Part shown: positions 40,093-51,761 of the stretch, one piece after another
Numbering within the stretch: the first letter of the stretch is position 1
Layout: each line of letters starts with the position of its first letter
Assembly (NCBI GenBank): GCA_050230475.1
Contig: JBFLGF010000046.1
Coordinates: 1 to 64,000 of the forward strand
Length of the DNA stretch: 64,000 bases
Source: Ancylonema sp.
Lineage: Eukaryota
Direction: 5' to 3'
Made by a program: the position numbers and the translations under genes
The notes under the pieces: model-generated
What the model was told of the DNA's origin: nothing
What the model saw: the letters and a program-made list of their open reading frames with translations, nothing else
The model's database searches: none

Positions 40093-41311
40093 CCTACACT
40101 CGCAAGCTCATGAAGACACACATCCAAACAATCTAGAGTAGATGTAAGCCTACACACATCTCTAAATTTATGTAATGTAATGTGTTTGCTTTGTTTCAAA
40201 AATCATTCAATACGAATCAACTGGATTGGGTAACAAAATAAAAGACAAAGAAATGAAAATTATGTATGAACAACATAACGGGAAACGTACGCTACCTCCC
40301 TTGAATGAAAAACACTACTTTAAGCATGGGGTCCAAAAAAAAACAATTCGGCAACGATGTGAACTCCTCGATTCATATTTCGTAAACACGCAAAACAAAA
40401 TAAACGTGAATTTTGTTCTGACTTTTTCTATGTCATGGGGAGGAAGCGTGCCACTAAGCTCATGAAATAAAATATCACAAAGTTTGGAGGGTGACACCTC
40501 AGGGGGTTAGTGCATGAAATCTCAAAAAGATATCTTTCATTTGTTATGAAGTCTTCGAGGGGGGGAACGCCCCAGGAAAGGACTGTCGGAATTCTTAATC
40601 TAATAGTGATACGGATACTACAAGTACTGGTTATGTCTTCAAGGGCTCTGTACGTGTCATAAAGCAATAACGGGGCAAAATGTGGGGCGCAATTTTATAA
40701 CCCATTATACTTTCACTATCTTGTAGTCTATCACATTGATGGATCAAAAGTTCTGGTCAAAGACAACTGTGTTCGCTAGGATATTTTCAAGATGATCGGA
40801 GTTTCAATTATTTATTCATTTCACTACATTATTACTTCAACTTTCTATTTTAGAAATAAACAACTAGTAGATACACATGCCAACCATCGGTTTCAAATTT
40901 AGAATGTATCAAACTAAAATATCACTATGATTCAAAAAACATATGAGCTCAACACACCATCCAAAATCGTGAATAACCGAGTGTGAACAATTCTCGTATG
41001 ATCGAGGCGTATCCACCACTAATATTTTACAGTACGTTTGAAGGAAAGCCACGAAATAAACGCGGCCAATCGCTACCTTACCAGTCCAATCGTCGTCCAA
41101 TCGTGGTGTTTGGGCGTTTGAAAGGCAGTTGGGTGGTGGAACGGTTGGACGGCGTTTGGAGGCGGCTGGTGGGTAGCGAAACGCCGACCGTTGGTATTCT
41201 GGCGGTTGGGGGCCACCCTACTCGGGAAGCGGGACGGAACGTGGCCGCGACGGACGGATCCGATACAGCGATGGAACAACCCATTTCCTAAGTGTTCCAA
41301 ATGGCCACGTA

Positions 41312-41927
41312 CAGTGCTCCCTCGATATAACGACCCTCGATGTAACGACAACCTCGGTATAACGACAATTTTTTGGAACTTTTTTTTAATTAATATGAAA
41401 TTGCCCTCGATATAAGCATAACGACAATCTTTATAATGACAAATTATTTCAGGAATTTGTTACTGAATGTCGTTATACTGTGTATGTAATGCTATTGCTC
41501 GCAGATAACGATGTATGGAAATCGAGAAAAATCTAGAACATCACCTCAAATTCTACATAGAATTCTATATAGGTCCAATAGAATGTGCGTGTCCGGTGTT
41601 GCTTTGTAACAACATTAATACCTCCCCAACTCTCCTCATAAAATTTTGCGGTATATTTTGTCCATCCGCATGTATTGGTATCATGACGCACTTGTATAGC
41701 TCGTATATCAATACACACGCTGAATTCAATAATCATGCCAAGGCAACTTACTCTAGGAAACACATAATAAACACATTTTCTTATTCACTTTGCTTCATTC
41801 GCAAAGTCCCTCGATACAACGACATAGATTTCAGATTCTAGTAGTAAATGTCGTTATACAGTGTAATAACGACACCTCGATATAACGATTATGGAAAACA
41901 AATTGTCGTTATATCGAGGGAGCATTA
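41312..41927. mobile_element. Family A Tc1/mariner-like MITE, uninterrupted copy
   Basis: TA|CAGTGCTCCCTCGATATAACGAC ... GTCGTTATATCGAGGGAGCATTA|TA, with ATAACGAC subterminal repeats. Confidence 0.85.
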
Positions 41928-42045
41928 TACTCGTCGGGTACATTTCCCTCGATATAACGACCCTCGATATAACGACAACCTCGGTATAACGACAATTTTT
42001 GGGAACTTTTTTAAAATCAATATGAAATCGCCCTCGATATAAGCA

Positions 42046-45000
42046 TGTTGGAATTAATTGTAAAATCGATGAGTCAGTAATTGTCGGTCTAAACAAATAG
42101 TCGGAATAATTAGTTAAGTAATCATTTTTTGATAATGACCGGGACATCGATGACTATACATTTTAGATTTGTGACTACGATCTGCGGCGCCGCACTATCG
42201 CGGATAAGATTGTCGATATTTTTGAAGAGATCTTGAGGATTAGATAAAGGTAGCAATTTTGACATTGAGAAACTAATTACTCTGAACATCTTGACATCCT
42301 TGCAAACTCCTGCACTCGTGTTGAATGCTCTACGTAATTCCCCTATGTATCCTGCGCATCGATAGCCCGGATCGTATTGTGGAAGTCCCTGCCCACAGAG
42401 AGGCAAGAAGCGCGATAAATATGCCTGTCCATAGAGAGACAGAAGTTGAGTTCATGTCAATAGAGAGACAGAAGAGCGAGGGACAAATCCGTGTCATGAA
42501 AGAAGAAGAGATAAAGAGTTAAGTCGAACATGGTATCAGAGCGAGGCAAATGATCATGAGTAACCCAACAAGGGATGTCAAAATTGATTGTGAATGCATG
42601 ACATTGCAAATGGAACTGAGCAACGAAGTCTTGGTTGCTAAGGGAGAACCGATCCACCCAGAGGAGTGGTTGTCAGATTCAGGAGCTTCGCATCACCTAT
42701 GTACGAACCTGGATCTGTTCAGCCATATTGGCGAGCCAAAAGAAAGAATAAGAGTGCAGACAGTCGGTGTCACGAGACTCGTCACGCAATCTAGAAGTGT
42801 GCTCATAGAGGTGGATGGAGAGAAAGGAAAGGAATTTATGCACCTGCATGAAGTTCAGTACCCCCCCGGGCTCAGCGTGAATCTGCTTTCTATGTAGAGA
42901 TTAGCAATGAAGAACGTGTTCCCTTTCTATCAGGAAATAAAAGGAAAAGTAGTTCTCCGAAGACAAGAGAATGGAAACAAGAAAGAACAGGTGGCGCTGA
43001 TGACTATTGATCAGAATGGATGCTCCACACTCGATTGCAAGGTGATGAAACCAGAGTACGGAAAAGATGACGCGCTACAAATTTTTAGTGGAGCGCCTTC
43101 ATGAACGAATGGGATGTGCGGGACAGGGCGCAATTGACCGAATATTCAAGGAAGGATTAGTGAGAGGCATCAAAGGACTTAAATTGGGAAGTGTCGGAGA
43201 CTGCAATATTTGCAAGCTGGGAAAGTTACCTCGACAGTCATTCGCCAAGGTCATTCGGGATCCAAGCGTCTGTCATCCTCTCGATATGATCTTCGTCGAC
43301 CTAGCCGGACCGAATAGACCTGCAACATTAGGGGGTGCGAGCTATGACATGATGATCATCGATGCTTTCACCCGACGGACCTAAGTAACACTCCTGAAGA
43401 AGAAGTCCGATGCCGCAGAGAAATTGGAGGCCTGGCTTCCAGTAGTCGAAAGACGGTGTGAGAGAAAACTAAAAATCATACGAACAGACAAAGGGGGAGA
43501 GTTCACCTCGAACGCAATTCAGGCGTGGTTTAAGGGAAAAGGAATCGAGCACCACATTACGTCATCATATTCACCTAAGCAGAACGGGATGGTCGAACGT
43601 CAAAACCGAACATTGCAAGAGAAAACGAGGAGCATGATGCTCGAGAGCGGCCTTCCAGGAAGTCTATGGGGTGAACTGATGCTGACTGCAAACGTGCTTC
43701 GCAACATGACACCTACAACGTTGCGAAATAAAACTCCAATAGAACTGTGGTCAGGAAAGAAGCCATCCATAGAACGACTCCGAAAAATCGGCTGCATAGT
43801 GTACTGTCCGATCCAAAAGCAGTTCAGAGGTGGGAAATTCAAAGCAGTTGCATGGGAAGGAGTGCAGGTGGGCTACTCTACTTAAAGTCCAGACTATCGA
43901 GTATGGGACCCGGAGACCAGAAATGTTTACAACATTGGGGGACCAGCTTTCAACGAGGAGGTTGAGCAAGGGTGGTGGAAGAAAGACTCATCGATAAAAC
44001 TACTGATCCCCGATGAAGAAGAAGAGGATTTGGAGTTCGATGGTGACGCAGCTGCTGAGGAAGTGCAGCCACCGACGCCTTCCATCGGATCACCAGAAGG
44101 GAATCAGGACCTGTCGCCAACCCGGTTAGAAGGAGAGGAAATTCCACGTAGAGGAGGAATAGGACCGTAGAGATACGTTGATGAGCCAGGAGTGAGAAAC
44201 ATCGGAGGAGGGACTAGGGGAGTAGAGGGAACAACTGCACCCCGGCGGAGTGAGCGACGAAATCTTGGGGTGCCACCTGAAAGACTTGGAGACGCAATGA
44301 TGTTGGCGATGATGTCTCCCGACCCAAACTCGCCACAGTCAATCCGAGAGGCATTAAACAACAGCGATAGCCATCTGTGGAAAGCAACAATCAACATCGA
44401 ACTTGAATCATTTGACGAAAATCGAGTCTTCACGATTGTGGACAGGCCCAAGAACGGGAAGAGTATAGTGGGGTCAAGATGGGTGCTCAGAATCAAGCGA
44501 GCGGTGGACAGGAAGGTGGACAAGTATAAAGCAAGACTAGTAGCAAAAGGCTTCACACAGAAGGAGGGGGTGAACCATAGTTGCACCAATACGTGGCTGC
44601 CGTTTGCATACGGCCCATACATGACCCTTGCCGTATGTAGTTTTCCATACGGCTAGTTTTTTATATGTAATTATAATTATTGTGCTGGAAACTTTCGGTT
44701 CACATTTTCCAATCCGAAAATTATGCAAAGTCATTTTTTTTAAAATTTTAATGGTTAATTATATCCATCCATTATATTTGAAGTTATTTTAACTAGTTAA
44801 TTTATCTTCAATATTCTGAGAAATGATGATAAATGAAAATTCTTATCTCAATCTCCGCCTCCTTTTCATTTCATATTCCATCTACTTTATTCCATTTTTA
44901 TTATCTATTGCTCTCATGCTTGGTGTGAGAGGGAATAAACCAATTTGGCTCAACATTAAATACGAACATTAAGTAAGTACCTATACTCTCCTTCAAGTAT

Positions 45001-47168
45001 CTATCCAAACCCCATACGAATAGCATGTAGCATAGGTACATTTATGAAAATGCCGATCTAAGGGACACAGTTAGCCGCCGACTCGTTGACATACACCCAC
45101 GCCTATACTTTTAATGTAGGCACAACGCTTAGGTGTGCCACGTACGGTTACGGGTTGATCAGTTCTTGAACATCCATATCCGTGAAATTAAATATTCAAT
45201 ATGAAAATTTTGCCCGAACGTATGTGTAGCCGAATGGAAGCGCCACGTATGGCTGGCAAAAGGTATGGCATACGGCGTATGTAGTTTTTTTTGCCGTATG
45301 GGTGCAACTATGGGGTGAACTACACGGCACCAACCCTGCGATTTGAGTCCCTCCGTGCTTTAATCGCCTATGCGGCGAGTGAGGAGCTGTACATGGAGCA
45401 GATGGACGTGTCAACAACATTTATATATGCAGACATTGATGAGGAAATTTACATGGAGATCCCTTAGGGGATGGAGGGGTACGGGAGTGGAAAGGTCATG
45501 CTGCTCCACAAGAGCATCTACGGGCTGAAGCAGGCTTCGAGGTTGTGGAACCACCATCTCGACAAGGTTCTTGGGGAGTTGGAATATCATCGACTCACCT
45601 CAGACTTCGGGGTGTACATCAAAGGAAAGGGGGAGAACAGAGTATTGACGGGGGTGTACGTCGACGACATCATCATGTTGGCCAAGCTGATGCAGATACT
45701 GAGTGGATTGAAAGGAATTTGCAATTGGAGTTCAAAATGAAGGATTTGGGAGCTGCAAACTTCATTCTGGGCATGGAAATCCGACAACAGGAGAATGGTG
45801 ATATCTTTTCAGTGCACGAGAAGTATGCAGGAGACGTCTTGAGAAAGTACAACATGTATGATAGCAAGGCAGTGAGTACACCTCTGGAAGTGGGGAGTAG
45901 TTTTGGAAAAGAAAATTGTCCAACAACGGTGGAGGAACAACTAGAAATGGCAGACGTCCCCTACCGTGCAGCCATCGGAAGCCTCATCTATATCTCGCAA
46001 GGAACGCGACCGGACACGGCGGAAGCCGTGAGCTGCATGGGGAGTTTCACTCAAAATCCACGAAAAGTGCATTGGGACGCAGTGAAGCGAGTACTTCGAT
46101 ATCTGAAAGGCACAATGGGACAAAGCATCCTGTATAAGCGAGGAGCATCGACAAACTTCGTGGGATTCTCGGATGCAAGCCATCTGAACTGCCCCGACAC
46201 ACTGCGAGGACGAGCGGGCTATGTGTTCATGTGTGCAGGAGGGGCTATCAGATGGAAGTCAAAGAATGTGGGGAACACCACGCTGTCATCATGTGAGACT
46301 GAATATTTGGCACTATCAATGGCAGCACAAGAGGCAGCTTTTCTGAGCAATCTGCAAGCACAACTTCGAGGGAAAAGGATCCCAGAGAACAAAGAGGACA
46401 TGGAGACTATAACTATCATGACAGAGAGTCAGTCTGCTAAGGACTTGGTGGGCAATCCTGTGTTTCATTCAAGAAGCAAGCACATCCTGAATAAGTACCA
46501 CTTCATCAAGGACAGGGTGGAACTGGGACAGATCCAACTGGAGTTCGTTTACAGCGAGGACAATGGAGCAGACATGCTGACAAAACATGCAAGTGTTGGG
46601 GTGATGGACAGGAACAAGAAAGAGATTGGAATGATGTAGAGACATGAATTGAGAACATTCTACGATTCTACAATTAGGGGGTGTATTGGAATTAATTGTA
46701 AAATCGATGAGTTAGTCATTGTCGGTATAAACAAATAGTCGGAATAATTAGTTAAGTCATCATTTTTTGATAATGACCGGGACATCGATGACTAAACATT
46801 TTAGATTTGTGACTACGATCTGCGGCGCCGCACTATCGCGGATAAGATTGCCGATATTTTTAAAATAGATATTGAGGATTAGATGAAGGTAGCAATTTTG
46901 ACATTGAGAACCTAATTACTTTGAACATCTTGACATCCTTGCAAACACCTGCACTCGTGTTGAATGCTCTACGTAATTCGCCTATGTATCGTGCGCATCG
47001 ATAGCCCGGATCGTATTGTGGAAGTCCCTGCCCACAGAGAGGCAGAAGCGCGATAAATATGCTTGTCCACAGAGAGACAAAAGTTGAGTTCATGTCAATA
47101 GAGAGACAGAAGAGCGAGGGACAAATCCATGTCATGAAAGAAGAAGAGATAAAGAGTAAATTCGAACA
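42046..47168 (+). mobile_element. Ty1/Copia LTR retrotransposon, gag-less, pol pseudogenised
   Basis: 485-bp LTRs at 42046-42530 and 46684-47168 (roughly 95% identical by eye), TSD AAGCA, PBS TGGTATCAGAGC at 42531, PPT at about 46672-46683. Domains in Copia order: PR (WLSDSGASHH), IN (HERMG..CNIC, RTDKGGEF, QNGMVER), RT (YKARLVAKG, YGLKQAS, YVDD), RNase H (SSCETEY, ADMLTK). Several stops and frameshifts. Confidence 0.97.
44576..45312. mobile_element. hAT-type MITE inserted in the Copia RT
   Basis: TIR CATAGTTGCACC / GGTGCAACTATG, perfect 8-bp TSD GGGTGAAC (44568-44575 and 45313-45320), CATACGG/CCGTATG subterminal repeats. The RT frame resumes after removal. Confidence 0.92.
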
Positions 47169-47813
47169 AAGCATAACGACACTCTATATAATGACAAATT
47201 ATTTCAGAATTTTGTTACTGAATGTCGTTATACTGTGTATATAACGCTATTGCTCGCAGATAACGATGTATGGAAATCGAGAAAAATCTAGAACAGCACC
47301 TCAAATTCTATATAGAATTCTATTAGGTCCAACAGAATGTGTGTGTCCAGTGTTGCTTTATAACGACTTTAATACCTCCCCAAATCTCCTCGTAAAATTT
47401 TGTGGTATACTTTGTCCATCCGCATGTATTGGTATCATGACGCACTTGTATAGCTCGTATATCAATACACACGCTGAATTTAATCATGCCAAGGCAACTA
47501 GGAAGCAAATAATAAACACATTTTCTTATTCACTTTGCTTCATTCGCAAAGTCCCTCGATACAACGACATAGATTTCAGATTACAATAAGTAGTAAATGT
47601 CGTTATACAGTGTATGTAACGACACCTCGATATAACGACACTTTTACGGGATTTTTTTTTGTCGTTATATCGAGGGAGCACTGTACCAGCTTCCGATTGC
47701 CCCGCGATACTCCCCACGTAATACCGCCCTATCTGGGCCAGGAGACCTTGGGGACCCCATCCTCAAAAGTTGTCAGGTCAGTGAAAATATCTAGCGAACT
47801 TGTCGTGCTCTGA

Positions 47814-47870
47814 ATATCACGCGGATATCACGCGGATATCTCGCGGATATCACGCGGATATCACGCGGAT
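47814..47870. repeat. Five tandem copies of the 11-mer ATATCACGCGG upstream of the PP2C gene
   Basis: Read directly; one copy is the variant ATATCTCGCGG. Confidence 0.9.
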
Positions 47871-48277
47871 TGGTAGCAATGATAGCGCCCAGGTGGCCCG
47901 CGTTGAGGGTGCGGATTCAATCGATCGTGATCCCACCAGCCAAAAAGGTCACAGAGTCGTACAGGTGGCATGCCCTCTTTTCAAACCTTTCCGACAGCTA
48001 AGCTAATCACGTGCTCCTCAAATCTGGCGTGCATCTCCAAGTTTCTTGGCCTGTACCTTGGAACTCACCGTTCAAAACTGAAAGCTGCCCTGCCACGGGG
48101 AGCTACCTGCTCAGAGCGCCATCCGCATTTGCTTAGTGGAGTTAGAATTCGCTGGATGTCATCGCCTTGTTCTTGCATAGTTGCTATGTTCGTAACACTC
48201 TACTGCGGTCTCGATTCTCGACAGACCGGTATAGAAGAAAGGAAGCTTGAAACCAGGCGTTGAGACAATCTAGATCC

Positions 48278-50949
48278 ATGGGCGTGTGTCTGTCAGTATT
48301 AGAACCGCGACTACGACGTGTGCCTTCAGGCCCTGGAGCATTCCGAAGACCGAAATGGTCCTCCCAGGTCGCTGCAAGCGGTAAACTTGCCACCTTGGGC
48401 AACGATAGATATCCGTTAGACTCTGCCACAACGTTTATAGGCGTTTTGTCTTCTTCACCAGAATCACTTCACGTATGCCTGTATCAAAAGTCCTGCCTTT
48501 GCCATATGACAACAGTACGCCCTGTCTAATTCGCTCGATTTTTTTCCCAGTGTGAAGCCTACGCTCACCAACGTTCATGTAGCAACGCCGCTGTATTACA
48601 GACTTACGCCGCTGTTTATCTGGGCAGAGATGCAAACGCGGCGCCTAATCATCATTTTTCAATTTTATTTCCAAATTTTGTCTTCCAGCTTCAGCATTGT
48701 GTAGTGGTCGAAATGAAAGTAATTTACGAGAACACGTAATACATGACTTTGCGCTGTGATGAAATCGTCCTCGCAGCTTCTCGTCTATCGGAATGTGTGT
48801 TAGTCTCTGTTGCAGGATGTTATCTTTACTGGTCAAACGAGACACACCATTAAATTATATTGCGGAATACTCACATCTATGATGCAGGTGAAGAGCCTTC
48901 TGTGGAGAAGGCTGAGAAAGGGAAGGGACAGCAAGATGACTTGTCAGCCCTCAAAAACAGGCTGGTTGACAGCGGAGCTTTGCAACAGTGTTTACAGGCG
49001 ACCGTGCAAGGGCAGAAAGGGTTGAATCAGGATGCAATAATTTCTTGGGAGGTGAATACCAACCCTCCTGCAGCTCTTTCTCTCTGGCAGTCTGTCGCTG
49101 AGATATGCTGATGCCTAACCCGGTACAGAAAGAAACTGTGTGCTTCAAGTGCACATTGAAAATGGAACAAGCTATCAGCCAACGAGAAGTACACGAATTA
49201 TGAGCTGTATGCCGAATACAAGTGGTATTTATTGAAGGATCCGTGGTGATTCCGGGGTTTTATGCACTCAGGTTTCTACAATCACTTGCACATGTTGGAT
49301 AAAGTCAGCATGTTTGCTCTTGTAACAAGTTGAGATCTTAAAGTAGTTCTGGTCGTGCTTGTGCCTCAGAGTTTTGCAAGCATGGAGGCCTGTACTTTTT
49401 GCGGAGTCTTCGACGGCCACGGACTCGACGGTGCTGCCATAGCTTCTTCCGTTCGAGACAGCGTTGCCAAAAACTTTGAGGCTGCTCTCCTTGCCGAGTT
49501 GAACTGGCTTTCCCGCCTGGAAATTGATGCTGAAGGAGCAAGTCTTAGGGACGCTGTCAAGAACGCTTACTTGAAGTGTATTTCTACCACAGAGAAGCTG
49601 ATTCATGCGCTTCCTCAGCTGGACACTTACTGCAGTGGAACCACAGCCGTTACAGCCTTCAAGAAGGTGAGGCTTGGTATCTGCCTGTTTTGAACCTTGA
49701 ACAGGGGACCTCGAGTGGAGCAGGGGACCTTGAACAGGGAATTGGAGCAGGGGACTGTGCTGGAAGTAAGAGGAGCATTTATTAGTAGCATCGTTTCGTC
49801 AGCCATAACTGTCAACTTCTGTTGAGAAGTCTTCACAGTCCAGGGTGCCCTGATGGAGAATGAGTGGCCTGGATGGTGGCTGATTCCACGGCTGACTTCT
49901 CTCGCAGGGCAATGAGCTGTTTCTGGCCAATGTTGGTGACTCCAGAGCGGTGCTAGGCTCAAGAGTGAAAGGCTGTATGGTGGCAGAGCAGCTCACGGTG
50001 GATCTCAAGCCAGACCTTCCAAGTAAGGGCAGACTCTTTGTCGTGTTTGGTATCCGATGATGGTTTAAGTACACTGCATTTCGGTAAGAGAGTAGCCTGT
50101 CTTCTTTTCTGCTGCTGCCCTCCAGGGATTTCTTTTAGATGCACTGGAAAGGTGGTTCACCTAGCACTGATACTGTTTGCGCAGGGGAGAACAAGCGGAT
50201 TTTGAGGCATAGGGGGCGAGTTTTTGCCATGGCGGCTGAGCCAGATGTCGCACGTGTATGGCTGCCCAACGAAGATGTGCCCGGTCTGGCCATGTCGCGG
50301 TCCTTGGGAGATGCCATGGTGAAGAGGTGTGGAGTGAGTGCAGAGCCAGAAATATCTCACAGGGCGATTTCTGGTGGCGACGAGTTTGTGGTCTTGGCAA
50401 GTGATGGGGTGAGTGTCCTGGCGTGCCTAACTATTTCCTGTCTCATGTCTACTCATGGCATGAATGTGGTTGGTGCGATTAGATATCAGGAAGAAGAATT
50501 GTGTACCTCCAACTGAAATAGACGCGCAAAGACGATGCAATTTCTCCGAACGAATGGAAAACTATGGAAAAGCCTCTGATCCGGGTACATGGTGCAATGC
50601 TCAGGTCTGGGATGTGCTGAGCAATAGTGAAGCAGTACAAATGGTGGCTGCTGCAGCAGATGGAACAGCAGCGACACAGTTGGTAAACGCTGCGGCGTCA
50701 CGATGGAAGAAGCGGATGCCTAACTCGCGGCAGGATGACATATCCGCTGTCATCATGTACTTGCAACGGGATCCGGTCTTGGATCTTGTATCGAATCCGA
50801 TTCTGGAGTCGGGCTTGGACGGTGGAGATGCATTGGAAACGGTTGCGACCATGAGAAACTACTTTCAGTCAAAGCGGACTTATGTACAAATTGCAAAAAT
50901 AAGTTCCGACCTGGTGTTCAATGACGAGGGCCAGAGGCTCTGGGTCTGA
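48278..50949 (+). CDS. Protein phosphatase 2C (plant clade-E-like)
   Basis: Exons 48278-48380, 48888-49051, 49370-49666, 49908-50022, 50185-50408 and 50605-50949. N-terminal MGVCLS acylation-type motif, QGQKGLNQD, GVFDGHG, SGTTAV, ANVGDSRAVLG, LTVDLKP, PGLAMSRSLGD, LASDGVWDVLSN, DDISA. Confidence 0.92.
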
Positions 50950-51761
50950 ATCCTGATTTCACGTTGGAAGACTCCAGGTGCCATGCGAGCAATAGGTATC
51001 TGCTGAATGCTGGTGGACACAGAATTTGAAGATATTCATTTATATGTAGGAGCCTTTGTAAGATGTGCATGAAGTATATTTGTAGTGTATTGCAACTCTT
51101 TGTATTTTATGGTGTGTTGTAGATTTAAAGAAGTAATCTAGTATTCTGTCGGAAGCCTACATCATCTTGCAACCCAATAATACCGAAATGTCTTGCAGAC
51201 TAGATGTAATAATGTTACTGAGGTCGATAAAGTTAGGGGTCGATAAAGTTAGGGTGTGCTCCTTGAAGTCTACTCCGTATTCCTAGTGTAGTATAAGGCT
51301 CCGATGTATTTTTTTTTTTTTTTCTGGTAGAATGCATGCAGTAAAATTGTGAGACACAATGTCTGGATTAGTATGTGCATCTTTGTTATCCACCTCTCGG
51401 TTTTTATTCAAAAAAATTACATTATCTTTGGTGATGGGGTGCACTTCGCTCGCCATGCTTTTTTTTTTCTTCTTCTTCTTCTTTCCTGTAACGAGTCGAT
51501 ATAGGGTGACGAAGTACAAGAGCTTGGAGCGTACTACAATGCGGCCATTCGCAACCTTCGAAAAAATCTCCGAGTCTTCCAAATTTTGGTAAGAGTTATT
51601 CATATATTGCGAGCACACATGAGAGACAACGCATGCGCGCAAGATATTATATACCTCGTTGTCATGTCAAGATCTAGTTGGATGAAAGCTCGAAATGTAT
51701 TCACAACGATGCTCGCCTTGAGATAAAATGGAGCCTCTATTTTGAGTCCACAATTATAAGA

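Larger units (their letters stand above)
41941..47683. mobile_element. Family A MITE split by a Copia insertion (41941-42045 plus 47169-47683)
   Basis: TA|CATTTCCCTCGATATAACGAC ... GTCGTTATATCGAGGGAGCACTG|TA. The two halves rejoin into a near-copy of 41312-41927. Confidence 0.85.

Noticed and set aside
51223..51254. Duplicated GTCGATAAAGTTAGGG with a telomere-like TTAGGG
   Set aside because: Only two copies; a simple local duplication.
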